Shown: positions 1 through 11,138, counted from the first letter of the stretch. The stretch: 64,000 nucleotides of DNA from Fidelibacterota bacterium (GCA_014381925.1 JACNKR010000025.1:18506-82505); one strand, 5' to 3'. The notes: generated by a model not told the origin, from the sequence alone. Made by a program: numbers and translations.

Positions 1-1
1 A

Positions 2-2095
2 ACAGCAAGTAAATTATTAATAGAATATAAAGATATCGATTCAATATTTGAAAATGCAGAATCCATAAAAAATAAAAGAGTATCTGCTGGGTTAATAAAT
101 GCCAGAGAATATTATAAAACTTCACTTAAATTGGTAACGATAGATACAAATGTACCAATCGATTCTAATATTAATAATTTAATACGAAGACCTGCAAATA
201 GCAAAAAGCTAATTAATTTAATTAGTCAATATGAATTATTTTCATTGCAAAAACAAGTTGATTTATTATTAATTGAAAAGAAAGAAAAGATAGTATCTAA
301 AAAAGTTAATAAAAATTATAAGTTAGTAAAATCAATTGATGAATTAATTTTACTATGTAAAGATATAAAAAATTCATCACTAATTGCTATTGACACAGAA
401 ACGACTTCTATAGATCCTCATTGTGCAGAATTGGTTGGAATATCAATATCTAAAAAGGAAAACACAGGGTTTTATATTCCAATAAAAGGATTAGAAACAA
501 AACAATTACTAGATATTGATTTAGTTATTGAAATATTAAATCCAATTTTAGCTAATAAATCGATTAGGAAATGTGGTCAAAATATTAAATATGATGTCAT
601 TGTTTTAAATAATGCTGGATTTGAACTAAATGGAATTTACTTTGATACTATGATCGGTGCTCATTTAATGAACACTGCAATACATGAATATAATCTTGAA
701 TTCTTAGCTCAACAATATTTGGGATATTCAATGATGCCAATATCAGAATTAATTGGAGAAGGAAAAAATCAAATAACTATGGATGAAGTTTCTATTGAGA
801 AAACCTCATTCTATGCATCTGAAGATGCAGATATAACATTTACATTATCAAAAAAGTTTGAAAGTATATTAAAAGAAGACGACGTTTTAGAATATTATAA
901 TAAAATTGATAATCCATTAATTCCTGTGTTAGTAGAAATGGAGCATGAAGGTGTATTTGTTGATTGTAAGTTTTTAAAAAAATTATCAAATGAATTAAAA
1001 CAAAAATTAGATAATAGTATTTCAGAAATTTATGATATGGCAGGACGAGAATTCAATATTAATTCACCTAAACAATTATCTGAAATTTTATTTGATGAGC
1101 TTGAGTTAAAAAAAGTTCGAAAACGAAGTACCGATGTTAGAGTTTTAGAAGTTTTAAAAAATTACCATCCTTTACCCGAGAAAATTTTAGAATATCGACA
1201 GTATAAAAAATTAAAATCAACTTATGTTGATGCATTACCTGAATATGTTAATGATAAAACAAATCGAATTCATACAAGTTGGAATCAGACAATTGCTGGA
1301 ACAGGGCGTTTATCTTCTACACAACCTAATTTTCAAAACATTCCGATAAGAACTGAATTAGGCAGAGAAGTTAGAAAAGCAATTAAACCTGAAAAAAAAG
1401 GGTGGAAACTATTATCAGCAGATTATTCTCAAATTGAGCTACGAATAATGGCTCATTTATCTGAAGAAAAGGTTTTAATTGACGCTTTTAATAATGGTGA
1501 TGATATTCATGCAAGAACAGCTTCGTTAGTTTTTAATACGAATGTTAATCACATTACTGAGGATCAACGAAGAACTGCAAAGGTTGTCAATTTTGGAATT
1601 ATGTATGGTGCTGGACCATTTCGAATGTCTCAAGAATTAGGTATTTCTATGCCAAAAGCACGGGATTTAATTGATAATTATTTTAATACATATCCAGGGA
1701 TTCGAAATTATATTGATTCTACTATTGCGAGTGCAAAAGAAAATGGATTTGTTTCTACCATTCATGGACGAAAGCGGAAAACACGATTCTTAAATTCAGG
1801 GAATAGACAGCAAGCTCAAGCAGAATCTAGAGCAATAATTAATATGCCAATACAAGGTTCTGCATCTGAATTAATCAAATTAGCAATGATAAATATTCAC
1901 TCAAAATTAAAATCTCAAAAGTTGAAATCTAAAATGATATTACAGGTTCATGATGAATTAATATTTGAATTACCTGAAAATGAATTAAATCAACTTCAAG
2001 AAATTGTGGTATTCGAAATGGAAAATGCTATGAAATTAAAGGTTCCATTAAAAGTAGATGTTGGAATTGGAAAACATTGGTATGATGCACATTAA
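2..2095 (+). CDS. polA: DNA polymerase I (5'-truncated by window edge)
   Basis: Frame is open from nt 2 (TASKLLIEYKDIDSIF, end of the 5'-3' exonuclease region). Exo I AIDTETT, motif A SADYSQIELR, motif B RRTAKVVNFGIMYG, motif C QVHDEL. Confidence 0.97.
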   Translation, partial: TASKLLIEYKDIDSIFENAESIKNKRVSAGLINAREYYKTSLKLVTIDTNVPIDSNINNLIRRPANSKKLINLISQYELFSLQKQVDLLLIEKKEKIVSKKVNKNYKLVKSIDELILLCKDIKNSSLIAIDTETTSIDPHCAELVGISISKKENTGFYIPIKGLETKQLLDIDLVIEILNPILANKSIRKCGQNIKYDVIVLNNAGFELNGIYFDTMIGAHLMNTAIHEYNLEFLAQQYLGYSMMPISELIGEGKNQITMDEVSIEKTSFYASEDADITFTLSKKFESILKEDDVLEYYNKIDNPLIPVLVEMEHEGVFVDCKFLKKLSNELKQKLDNSISEIYDMAGREFNINSPKQLSEILFDELELKKVRKRSTDVRVLEVLKNYHPLPEKILEYRQYKKLKSTYVDALPEYVNDKTNRIHTSWNQTIAGTGRLSSTQPNFQNIPIRTELGREVRKAIKPEKKGWKLLSADYSQIELRIMAHLSEEKVLIDAFNNGDDIHARTASLVFNTNVNHITEDQRRTAKVVNFGIMYGAGPFRMSQELGISMPKARDLIDNYFNTYPGIRNYIDSTIASAKENGFVSTIHGRKRKTRFLNSGNRQQAQAESRAIINMPIQGSASELIKLAMINIHSKLKSQKLKSKMILQVHDELIFELPENELNQLQEIVVFEMENAMKLKVPLKVDVGIGKHWYDAH

Positions 2096-2113
2096 TATTA
2101 AAAATAGGAATAA

Positions 2114-3040
2114 ATGGAAGCTTCAATAACATTGAAATCTATAGCAAAGAAATTTGCAGGTAAAACAGTATTAGCTGATTTATCATTTGGAGTAGAAAAA
2201 GGGACTCGGTTTGTAATTGTAGGAAAAAATGGTGCAGGTAAATCTACGTTATTAAAATTATTAGTTGGTTTAATTGAAACTGATGCCGGCTCTGCATATA
2301 TCCATGGTGTTAATATAAAAACTCGTGGAGAAGAAACTAGAGCCTTAACCGGTTATATGCCTCAAATAATTAATTTAGATTATGAGATTAATATTTATAA
2401 TAATATTGCTTTATATGCCCAATTACAAGGTATGGATTTAAAAAAAATAAAACCTAGAATTCATAGTTTGGCTGAAGATTTAGATTTTATTCAATATCTA
2501 AATAAATTCCCTGAAGAATTAAGTTATGGTCATTTAAGAATAGCATGTTTTATTCGAGCAATTGTTCATAATCCCGCGGTTATTTTATTAGATGAACCAA
2601 CAACAGGTTTAGATTTAAAAAGACGATTAAAAATTTGGGAAATATTAGAAAATTTAAAAGATAAAAAGACAATTATTTTCACAACGCAAAATTTACAAGA
2701 AGGCGAACGGTATGCTGACCGTATTGCTATTCTCTATAAAGGGAATATCAAAATGGATGGTACAATTGATAAATTAATAGAAACGACTCATGGTTTAAAT
2801 CGATATAAAATTACATTTAAAGATGACCCATCACCTAAATTAATTGAAAAAATAAAAGAAAACCCAAAAGTTGTTCGACCTAGTTTACGGGGGAAAGATT
2901 TTGAATTTTATTCAAGAGAAAAGCGCCACTTTTTTAATGTGTTAAGAATTGCATTAAATCAAGAAATTGAAGAATTTGATTCATCAGGCTGTACATTAAG
3001 TGATTTATTTTTAGGTTTAACTGAAGGCGGTTTAGAATAA
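2114..3040 (+). CDS. ABC transporter ATP-binding protein (ABC-2/exporter type)
   Basis: Walker A GKNGAGKST, Walker B ILLDEPT; atypical signature LSYGH. Confidence 0.88.
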   Translation: MEASITLKSIAKKFAGKTVLADLSFGVEKGTRFVIVGKNGAGKSTLLKLLVGLIETDAGSAYIHGVNIKTRGEETRALTGYMPQIINLDYEINIYNNIALYAQLQGMDLKKIKPRIHSLAEDLDFIQYLNKFPEELSYGHLRIACFIRAIVHNPAVILLDEPTTGLDLKRRLKIWEILENLKDKKTIIFTTQNLQEGERYADRIAILYKGNIKMDGTIDKLIETTHGLNRYKITFKDDPSPKLIEKIKENPKVVRPSLRGKDFEFYSREKRHFFNVLRIALNQEIEEFDSSGCTLSDLFLGLTEGGLE

Positions 3041-3786
3041 TGATAGGAATAATAATTAAAAGAGAGTGGTTGAGATTTAAACCATCTATTTTACCTGTAA
3101 TTTTATTTTCTATATTATTTACTTTGACAATTTATATTGTTATTGGTTTTCCATTTTATTCAGTACTTAATAAAATAAATGATTTAAAATTTATGTATTG
3201 GGTATCACCTGGAATATGGATTTTCATGTCATCATTAATGGCATATCTTATTTCTTTAGATGGTATAAATAGTTTATTAAATGAAAAACACCAAATTGAT
3301 GCTTTTTCTAATTCACCAATTTCAAATAAACAAATAATATTAGGACTTTTTTACTGGTCAATTATTTTAGGACTTTTTCAATGGATTATTAGTTTTCTAT
3401 TAACATCTTTATTAAATAATGATTTTATTACAACAGGCCAATTCATTAAAATTCTTATACAAACATTTCCAGCAATTATATTTTTTTCAGGCTTAGCAAT
3501 ATTATCTGGATTACTCGCAGAAAATAAATTTACTCAAATTACATTTTCTGGAATTTATTTTATTGTCTTAGCATTTGGTACGGGTTGTTTTATACCTGTA
3601 GAAAGATTCCCCGAAGAAATATTTTCAATTATTAAACTTATCCCTATTACAAATTTAGTTTTGGGTGCTCATTCACTAGCTATACAGAACTCAGGCAGCT
3701 TTACAGGTGGATTTTTTACACTTGTTTCTGCTATATTCTTTTTACTAATTTCATTTGGAGTTTCAAATAAAAGGTTTAGAAAATAA
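3040..3786 (+). CDS. ABC-2 type permease
   Basis: About six hydrophobic segments, FIPVERFP motif, coupled to the ATPase gene. Confidence 0.75.
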   Translation: MIGIIIKREWLRFKPSILPVILFSILFTLTIYIVIGFPFYSVLNKINDLKFMYWVSPGIWIFMSSLMAYLISLDGINSLLNEKHQIDAFSNSPISNKQIILGLFYWSIILGLFQWIISFLLTSLLNNDFITTGQFIKILIQTFPAIIFFSGLAILSGLLAENKFTQITFSGIYFIVLAFGTGCFIPVERFPEEIFSIIKLIPITNLVLGAHSLAIQNSGSFTGGFFTLVSAIFFLLISFGVSNKRFRK

Positions 3787-3787
3787 T

Positions 3788-4759
3788 ATGGAACGATATA
3801 TAATTGGAATTGATGGCGGAGCAACTGAAACAAATGGCGTATTATTAAATGATAGAGGTGATACTATATCAAAATCCAATCAAATCGGTACTAATCTTTC
3901 ATTAAACCCTTCTTCTGTGCCTCAAATAATTTCAGGGTTAATAAAAGAGTTATGCTTGCTTGGGAAGATTTCATTTGATGATATTTCTGCAATTGGATTA
4001 GGTTTGGCAGGTGCAAGTAATGAAGATGGTAGAGATCTATTATTTAAAGAATTAGACCGTGAAAATTTAACAAAGAAAACCATTATTTGTAGTGATGCAG
4101 AGTCTGCATTTAAAATTGTATGTCCAACAAATTATGGAATAATGCTATCAGTAGGTACAGGTGTAATTTGTTATGCGAGAGATCTTCAAGGAAAGTCATA
4201 TCGAACAGGTGGATTAGGTCATGATAGAGATAAAGGAAGCGGTTTTTGGATTGGTGAACAATTGTTATGGCAATTATCTTTAAATCAATCAGCTGAAATT
4301 ACAGATCATGAAACTATTGAATTAGCGAATATATTATCAAAAATTACAAAAGAACAAAATATTGATCATGGAATAAAAAATATAGTTAATTCTGATGATA
4401 AGGTTTCAAATACTGCCTCATTAGCAAAAGATATTTGTAAGCTAGCTGAAGCCGAAAATGATTTAGCTCTTGGAATAATTCTAGAAGCGACGAGAGAAAT
4501 AGCTGAATATGTAATTCAAATTAAAGACATAATGGATTATGATGAAGATGAATTGATTTTACATTGTAACGGAGGGCTATTAAAAAATAAATTTTTTAGA
4601 CAGCAAATAGCAAAAGCATTACAATTTGATTTTAAATCGATTACTTGGGCATTTTCAGATTTATCGGCATCTTACGGTTCAGCATTAATTGCTGCAGAAT
4701 TATATGAAATTCCTTTATTATTACAGGATATTGTATTAAAATCTAAATTAAATGTTTAA
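3788..4759 (+). CDS. BadF/BadG-family sugar kinase (GlcNAc/MurNAc kinase-like)
   Basis: IGIDGGAT, GLAG, SDA, SVGTG, GGLG-D-GSG-WIG motifs; ATG at 3788 preferred over the track start at 3755. Confidence 0.8.
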   Translation: MERYIIGIDGGATETNGVLLNDRGDTISKSNQIGTNLSLNPSSVPQIISGLIKELCLLGKISFDDISAIGLGLAGASNEDGRDLLFKELDRENLTKKTIICSDAESAFKIVCPTNYGIMLSVGTGVICYARDLQGKSYRTGGLGHDRDKGSGFWIGEQLLWQLSLNQSAEITDHETIELANILSKITKEQNIDHGIKNIVNSDDKVSNTASLAKDICKLAEAENDLALGIILEATREIAEYVIQIKDIMDYDEDELILHCNGGLLKNKFFRQQIAKALQFDFKSITWAFSDLSASYGSALIAAELYEIPLLLQDIVLKSKLNV

Positions 4760-5837
4760 TCCAATTGCAGAAATTGATCTTCAAAACCTTGCATTAAATA
4801 CAATGTATATAAAATCTATAATTGGTAATAAACATTTATTTCCTGTAGTAAAAGCAAATGCGTATGGACATGGAATAAATCATGTTGTTAAATTATTAAA
4901 TAAATTAGAAAGTGTTGATGGATTTTGTGTAGCGACTCCTTCAGAGGCCAAATCTATTTTACATTTAAATATTAAGAAACCTATTTTTATTTTAGGTAAG
5001 TTTGATTTTAATAATTTTGAATTTATTAATAATAAAAATATAGTTCCAACAATCCATAGTTTTGATGATTTAAAGAGATTGATATCTCAGGAAAACCAAG
5101 AGATCAGCCCAAAAGTACAAATTAAAATTGATACGGGTATGGGAAGAATGGGTTTTGAGCCAAATGATATTCCTTTATTAATTGATGAAATTCTTAAAAA
5201 TAAAGTAAATGTTATTGGTTTATGGTCTCATTTATCTAGTGCAGATGAACAAAACTCTGATTATACAAATTTTCAAATTGATAAGTTTAAATCAATTATT
5301 TCATTATTTTCAAATAAAAGAATAAATCCTAAATATATACATATTGCAAATTCTTCAGGAATTTTATATCATCCAAATTCTTATTTTAATACGGTTAGGC
5401 CTGGAATTTCTTTATATGGTATTTCACCCAATAATAAATTTAATTCAAATTTAAAGCCTGTAATGAAATTAAAAGTCCCATTAATAAAAATAAAATTAAT
5501 AAAAAAAGGTAATTCAATAGGATATAATCGATATTATAAAACTACATCATTTGAGAAAATAGGAACTTTTCAAGGTGGATATGCTGATGGGATTCCAACA
5601 ATATTAAATAATAACGGTAATTTAGATTTTAATGGATCATTATTACCAATAAGAGGGAAAATATCTATGGATATGGTTGCATGTAGTTTGTTTAACTTAG
5701 ATATAAAAGTTGGTGATTATGCAACTTTATGGGGAAGTGAGTCATTAATATTAGAAAATTTATCAAAAAAGTATAAAAAAATATCCTATGAATTTTTAGT
5801 CAATTTATCAGATAGAGTTGAAAGAGTTTATTTATGA
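4752..5837 (+). CDS. alr: alanine racemase
   Basis: PLP lysine motif VVKANAYGHG; KIDTGMGRMG, RPGISLYG, GYADG, ISMDM. Confidence 0.95.
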   Translation: MFNPIAEIDLQNLALNTMYIKSIIGNKHLFPVVKANAYGHGINHVVKLLNKLESVDGFCVATPSEAKSILHLNIKKPIFILGKFDFNNFEFINNKNIVPTIHSFDDLKRLISQENQEISPKVQIKIDTGMGRMGFEPNDIPLLIDEILKNKVNVIGLWSHLSSADEQNSDYTNFQIDKFKSIISLFSNKRINPKYIHIANSSGILYHPNSYFNTVRPGISLYGISPNNKFNSNLKPVMKLKVPLIKIKLIKKGNSIGYNRYYKTTSFEKIGTFQGGYADGIPTILNNNGNLDFNGSLLPIRGKISMDMVACSLFNLDIKVGDYATLWGSESLILENLSKKYKKISYEFLVNLSDRVERVYL

Positions 5838-8626
5838 AAAACAAAATATATTTTATAATTTTCATTTTCTCAATTGGATTTGGAATTGAACAGAATTTAA
5901 TTGATTCAATGACTTTACGTGAAAAAATTGCCCAAATGATAATGGTAAGAGTCAGAGGTGATTTTTATAATTCAAAAAGCTGGTATAAAAGTCAATTAAA
6001 AAAATGGATTAATGAGTATGGAATTGGAGGTGTCATTACGTTTGGAGGAAGTGTTCATGGGACCTATTACAATAACAAAATGTTTCAAAGTTGGACAACA
6101 AAAGTTCCCTTATTGATTTCTGCTGATTATGAACGAGGGACGGGGCAATGGCTTTCAGGTGGTACATTATTCCCATCAAATATGGCAATCACAGCATCTG
6201 ATAATTTGGTTAATGCTTATAACGCTGGTAGAGTTACAGCAACAGAAGCAACAGCTTTAGGTGTACATATAATTCTAGGCCCAGTAATGGATGTAAATAA
6301 TAATTCTCAAAATCCAATAATTAATTTTAGATCATACAGTGATGATGCGATTACTGTTTCTCAATTTGGAACACAATTTATAAAAGGAATTCAAGATGGT
6401 GGTCGTATTGCATGTGCAAAACATTATCCGGGACATGGAAATACAGCAACAGATAGTCATTCTTCATTACCAACAATTCATGGTTCTAGGAATGAATTAG
6501 AAAAAGTTGAATTATCTCCATTTAAAATAGCTGTCGATTCTGGAGTCGGTGCAATAATGACTGCACATATTTCAGTTCCGGGATTAGATTCGAATAAAAA
6601 CCCAGCTTCCCATTCTTGGAGAATCACGACGGGAATATTGAAAAATGAATGGGGTTTTTCTGGTTTAGTAATTACCGACGGAATGGAAATGGGTGGATTA
6701 ACACAATCTGCATGGGCTGGAGAATCTGCAATTTTAGCAATTGAAGCAGGTGCTGATATTTTATTACTTCCTGTTGATGTTGAAAAAACAATCAGTTCTA
6801 TAGAAATGGCAGTAAAAAAAGGTCGTATATCTATCCATCGAATAAATTTATCAGTTTCTAAAATATTAAAATCAAAAGAAAAGTTTGGGCTATTTAAAAC
6901 CATAATCCCAGAATGGACACAGGTTGAAGATTCTGTTGGCTTACCTCAAAATAAATCAATTTCTCAAATAATTGCAAATGAATCCATTACACTTGTGAAA
7001 GATAGCCAAGGATTAATACCATTAAAACCCGAAAAAATAAAAGAGCTAACTCATTTAATAATTTCAACAGATGATGGTATCAAATCAAAATTGAATACAT
7101 TTATTAAAGATGTGAACCGTACACATGGCAATGTGAATGAGATTTTAATTTCTCAAAAATTAAAGTCATCTCAAATTGAAGATATTATCAGCGATATAAA
7201 AAATAAACCAATGCCAATTTTAGTAAGTGCATTAGTTCGAATTAGAATGGATAAAGGTGAGGCAACAATTGATTCTACACATAATTTATTGTTAAAACGA
7301 ATGAATGAGGAAAAAATTCCATATATTTTATCAAGTTTTGGTAGCCCATATTTACCTGAATATAATCATATACCTACTTATTTATGTGCATATGGCTATG
7401 GTAGTATTAGTCTAAAAGCAATGGCAGATGCAATTTGGGGTAGGATTCCAATAGAAGGAGTTTTACCTGTAAATTTAAATAATAATTATAAAAAAGGTGG
7501 TGGAATAAAAAAAGACAGACGAAAATATGGTTTTGAGAAAAATACAGAGATTGATTTCAATGATGTATTTTCAATAATTGATAATTTTATTAATAAAAAA
7601 ATATTTCCAGGTGCACAGTTATTTGTATCTAAAAAAGGTGAGATTTTAATAAATCAAGGATTTGGTTTTCATACTTATGAAAATAAATCTCCACCTGTTA
7701 ATGTTCAATCAATTTATGATATTGCTTCACTTACAAAAATTTTATCTACAACTCCAATTGTAATGAAATTAGCTTCTCAGAAAAAAATTAATTTAGACCA
7801 TTCAGTAAATCAATATATTCCTGAATTTAATGGTTCATTAAAAAATAAAGTTACGCTTCGACATTTACTTACTCATTCAGCAGGGCTTGAACCATATATC
7901 GAATATTTTTTGGAGGAAAACATCAATTCTAAAGATGAAATTATACAAGATATAATAAAAAGAGATTTATTATTTGAACCAGGAACTCAAATGAAATATA
8001 GCGATTTAGGAATGATATTATTAGCCGAAATTATCAATATTGTACAGGATAAATCATTTGAAAATTTAGCAGAAAGATATATTTTTAATCCATTTAATAT
8101 GGATGATACTTCATTTAATCCTTCCAAAGAAATATTGGGACGAATCGTTCCAACAGAGATAGATAATCGATTTAGAAAACGATTAGTACATGGTGAAGTT
8201 CATGATGAAAATGCATTTATTTTAGGTGGGATCGCACCGCATGCAGGTATTTTTTCAACAGCAAAAGATATTGGTAATTTTTTTCAGATGTTACTCAATG
8301 GTGGTACTTGGTTGGGAAAAAGATATTTTAAACAGTCTATAATTAATCAATTTATAACGCGACAAGATTTACCTTTGGGTTCAGATAGAGCAATTGGATT
8401 TGATACTCCTTCCAAAAATGGAAAAAGTTCAGCAGGTGATTATTTTGGGGATAAATCGTTTGGTCATTTAGGGTTTACTGGTACTTCGGTTTGGGCTGAT
8501 TCCCAAAAAGAAATTATTATTGTATTATTAACAAACCGTGTTCACCCCACACGAGAGAAAAAAGGTATATACCAAGCGAGGCGAATGATTTATAATTCAA
8601 TTATGAATCAATTATTATTTAATTAA
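5834..8626 (+). CDS. GH3 beta-N-acetylhexosaminidase (NagZ-like) fused to a beta-lactamase-fold serine hydrolase (AmiE-like); secreted
   Basis: ADYERG, KHYPGHG-x5-DSH, TDGMEMG in the N-half; ASLTK (SxxK), LLTHSAG, YSD, GHLGFTGT in the C-half; signal peptide. Confidence 0.88.
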   Translation: MKNKIYFIIFIFSIGFGIEQNLIDSMTLREKIAQMIMVRVRGDFYNSKSWYKSQLKKWINEYGIGGVITFGGSVHGTYYNNKMFQSWTTKVPLLISADYERGTGQWLSGGTLFPSNMAITASDNLVNAYNAGRVTATEATALGVHIILGPVMDVNNNSQNPIINFRSYSDDAITVSQFGTQFIKGIQDGGRIACAKHYPGHGNTATDSHSSLPTIHGSRNELEKVELSPFKIAVDSGVGAIMTAHISVPGLDSNKNPASHSWRITTGILKNEWGFSGLVITDGMEMGGLTQSAWAGESAILAIEAGADILLLPVDVEKTISSIEMAVKKGRISIHRINLSVSKILKSKEKFGLFKTIIPEWTQVEDSVGLPQNKSISQIIANESITLVKDSQGLIPLKPEKIKELTHLIISTDDGIKSKLNTFIKDVNRTHGNVNEILISQKLKSSQIEDIISDIKNKPMPILVSALVRIRMDKGEATIDSTHNLLLKRMNEEKIPYILSSFGSPYLPEYNHIPTYLCAYGYGSISLKAMADAIWGRIPIEGVLPVNLNNNYKKGGGIKKDRRKYGFEKNTEIDFNDVFSIIDNFINKKIFPGAQLFVSKKGEILINQGFGFHTYENKSPPVNVQSIYDIASLTKILSTTPIVMKLASQKKINLDHSVNQYIPEFNGSLKNKVTLRHLLTHSAGLEPYIEYFLEENINSKDEIIQDIIKRDLLFEPGTQMKYSDLGMILLAEIINIVQDKSFENLAERYIFNPFNMDDTSFNPSKEILGRIVPTEIDNRFRKRLVHGEVHDENAFILGGIAPHAGIFSTAKDIGNFFQMLLNGGTWLGKRYFKQSIINQFITRQDLPLGSDRAIGFDTPSKNGKSSAGDYFGDKSFGHLGFTGTSVWADSQKEIIIVLLTNRVHPTREKKGIYQARRMIYNSIMNQLLFN

Positions 8627-9787
8627 CTCTCCAATACATTCAACATTTCTGCTTTTTGATGCAATTGTTTTTCCGTTTAGAATAAGAGTTGGTGCACTTT
8701 TAATTCCTGCTTTTCGTGCCTTTTGGTTTTCTTGATTTATATGGTTAAAAAAATCATTCTTTTTTATTCGACTTAATAATATTTTAGAGTCTAACCCAAT
8801 TATGTCTGCTATTTCTTTTAATTGATTTAATTTTAATCCTTTTCGGGGTGTTTGTCTTTTAAACTGTTCAGATAACATTTCTTCGAATAATCCATAGTCA
8901 TTTGCTATAAATAATGCTTGAATCTGTTGAAGAGAATAATTCCATAATGGATTAGGTTTTATCACAATAAAAATATCTTCTTTATATTCTTCGATAATAT
9001 TGTTCATCTCTTCATGCAGTTTTTTACAATGAGTACAATTTGGATCGAATAATTCAATTAATATGTTTTTTGAATTTGGATTTCCATATTTTATATCCAC
9101 ATCCGTAATTAAATGTTCTACATTTTTTACAAAGGGTTTATCTTTATTATACCCACATTCAATAGAATCAGACTTCGATTCACTTTTATCATTTATTTTT
9201 TTTGAAATTACTTTAGTTTTTATATCAAGATTATTAAAATAATAATAGTCTGTTCCTGCTATAATAAGCCCACCAAATAAAATATTTAAGAATATTGATC
9301 TTAACTTATTATTTGGTATTGTATGAGATATGTGAAATTTTGAAATAAATAATAATAGAAATAAAATAAAACTAATTAGGCCAGAAATCAGACAGAGTGC
9401 ACAATACTCATTTAATTCAAAATGCTGTAAGTAGGCGAGGTATGCTGAATAAACAAATCCAAATACGATTAAAAAATTCCGCCCTTTTATCATTAATTTT
9501 TTGGATTTAAACGAAAATAAAACAGGCAATAAACTTGCGAACATAAGTATGGAATAATGAAGAAATCCCCAGAAAATATTTGACATTCCTAAAATGGTTA
9601 ACCCTTCTTCAAGCACAGATTCACAATCAAAGGTATCTTCTACTTGGGCATTGGTTTCAAAACCAAAACAGCCTTGGTCAAATCCACGGTCATTCATTAT
9701 GTATAGGTGTACTGTTGTAAGCATACCAAAAACAGTGAGTAAAAAAATTAATTTATGAAACAGATTATCTCTGTTAGTTTTATCCAT
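8615..9787 (-). CDS. vitamin K epoxide reductase (VKOR) domain fused to a DsbA-like thioredoxin domain
   Basis: Two loop cysteines (QGCF, FDCESV), CALC in a TM helix; C-terminal DPNCTHC and SAPTLILNG. Confidence 0.85.
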   Translation of the reverse strand: MDKTNRDNLFHKLIFLLTVFGMLTTVHLYIMNDRGFDQGCFGFETNAQVEDTFDCESVLEEGLTILGMSNIFWGFLHYSILMFASLLPVLFSFKSKKLMIKGRNFLIVFGFVYSAYLAYLQHFELNEYCALCLISGLISFILFLLLFISKFHISHTIPNNKLRSIFLNILFGGLIIAGTDYYYFNNLDIKTKVISKKINDKSESKSDSIECGYNKDKPFVKNVEHLITDVDIKYGNPNSKNILIELFDPNCTHCKKLHEEMNNIIEEYKEDIFIVIKPNPLWNYSLQQIQALFIANDYGLFEEMLSEQFKRQTPRKGLKLNQLKEIADIIGLDSKILLSRIKKNDFFNHINQENQKARKAGIKSAPTLILNGKTIASKSRNVECIGELIK

Positions 9788-10025
9788 TATAAAAATTTGT
9801 CCTGAAAATTATTTATTTTAATAAAAATTTAATGTCATATTTTATTACTATTTACATGATGTATTTAGAATAATTATTTATGAGATTAAGAGTTTTTTTG
9901 AGGGTAGATTAAACAGTATTCAAAGGGGATTGGTTCTTTTTTATTTTATCGAGCTATGTGATAAATTGAAACATAACCATCATTCTCTACTGCTAGTATA
10001 TTATTTATTATCATTGGCTTTTTTT

Positions 10026-10928
10026 TTAATTGGTAAATAAATTTTTAAAAATATAATTAACAATATTTGGATTTTCTTTTAATCGTCTTATTGAATAATC
10101 ATACCAATTTGGCCCAAAAGGAATATATATTCGAGTTTTATAATTATTTGATAAATGTTTTTCTAACCACCCACCCATTGGAACACCATATAATGCCTGA
10201 AATTCAAATTGTTTTTTATCGATTTTATTTCTGTGTATAAGTTTATAAATATCTTCAATTAATGCTTGATCATGTGTTGCAATACCCACAAATCCTTTAA
10301 GATGAATAATTTTTTCAAATATTTTTAGATAATTAGTATTAATTTGATTTCGAGATTGGATTGCAATTCTTTCTGATTCTTTATAGATACCTTTGCATAA
10401 ACGAAGATTTAAATTATTAAATTTATTTAATAGATTAAGATCATCTATTGTTCGGTAAAGATAAGCTTGGACTACAGTCCCTAAATTTTTATTATTTTTC
10501 TGAAATTTTAATGTTGTATTTATGGTTTGGTTTGTAACCAGAGAAGATTCCATGTCAATTCTAAGGAAATTATTTGTATTTGATGCTGTATTTAATAATA
10601 TTGATAAATTTGATTCAAATTCTTCAATAGAGATATCTAAACCAATATGAGTGGGTTTTATAGAAATATTTGCATCAATATTATTTTTTTCAATTAAATT
10701 AAATAATTTAACATATTCTTGAGTGATATTCTTTGCTTCTTGAACTGTTTTCGTATGTTCACCTAAAATATCCAATGTAACAGAAAATCCTTTTTTATTT
10801 AATTTTTTTGCTGTTTCAATTGCATCAAGTTGAGATTCACCTGCAACATATCGACTTGCAAAAATTTTAATAAATGATTTAGGTAATTTTGTAATTAAAA
10901 ATAAAATAATTTGGTTTATAATCATCAT
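10026..10928 (-). CDS. putB: monofunctional proline dehydrogenase
   Basis: RYVAGE, LDILGE, SIKPT, RIDME, QAYLYRT, RLCKGIY, ATHD, FQALYG, YSIRRLKE. Confidence 0.9.
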   Translation of the reverse strand: MMIINQIILFLITKLPKSFIKIFASRYVAGESQLDAIETAKKLNKKGFSVTLDILGEHTKTVQEAKNITQEYVKLFNLIEKNNIDANISIKPTHIGLDISIEEFESNLSILLNTASNTNNFLRIDMESSLVTNQTINTTLKFQKNNKNLGTVVQAYLYRTIDDLNLLNKFNNLNLRLCKGIYKESERIAIQSRNQINTNYLKIFEKIIHLKGFVGIATHDQALIEDIYKLIHRNKIDKKQFEFQALYGVPMGGWLEKHLSNNYKTRIYIPFGPNWYDYSIRRLKENPNIVNYIFKNLFTN

Positions 10929-11138
10929 TTTTTACTTAATATTTTATATGTGAAATTTAATCTTTTCATCAATTATAAATCAAAATATGTTTTGTAAGGA
11001 AATTTATCTATCAAGAATTTTATATGATTTATTAAATATTTTTAATAAAAAATATAAATACAATATTAATTTAACATTGGTTGAAGCCTTTGAAAGCGTC
11101 TAAATTTTATATCTTTAATATAGGTATAATTGTTTAAA

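Noticed and set aside
9788-10025. Possible ncRNA or riboswitch in the 240-nt spacer upstream of VKOR
   Set aside because: No tRNA cloverleaf, known riboswitch motif or stable long stem recognised; a covariance-model search would be needed.
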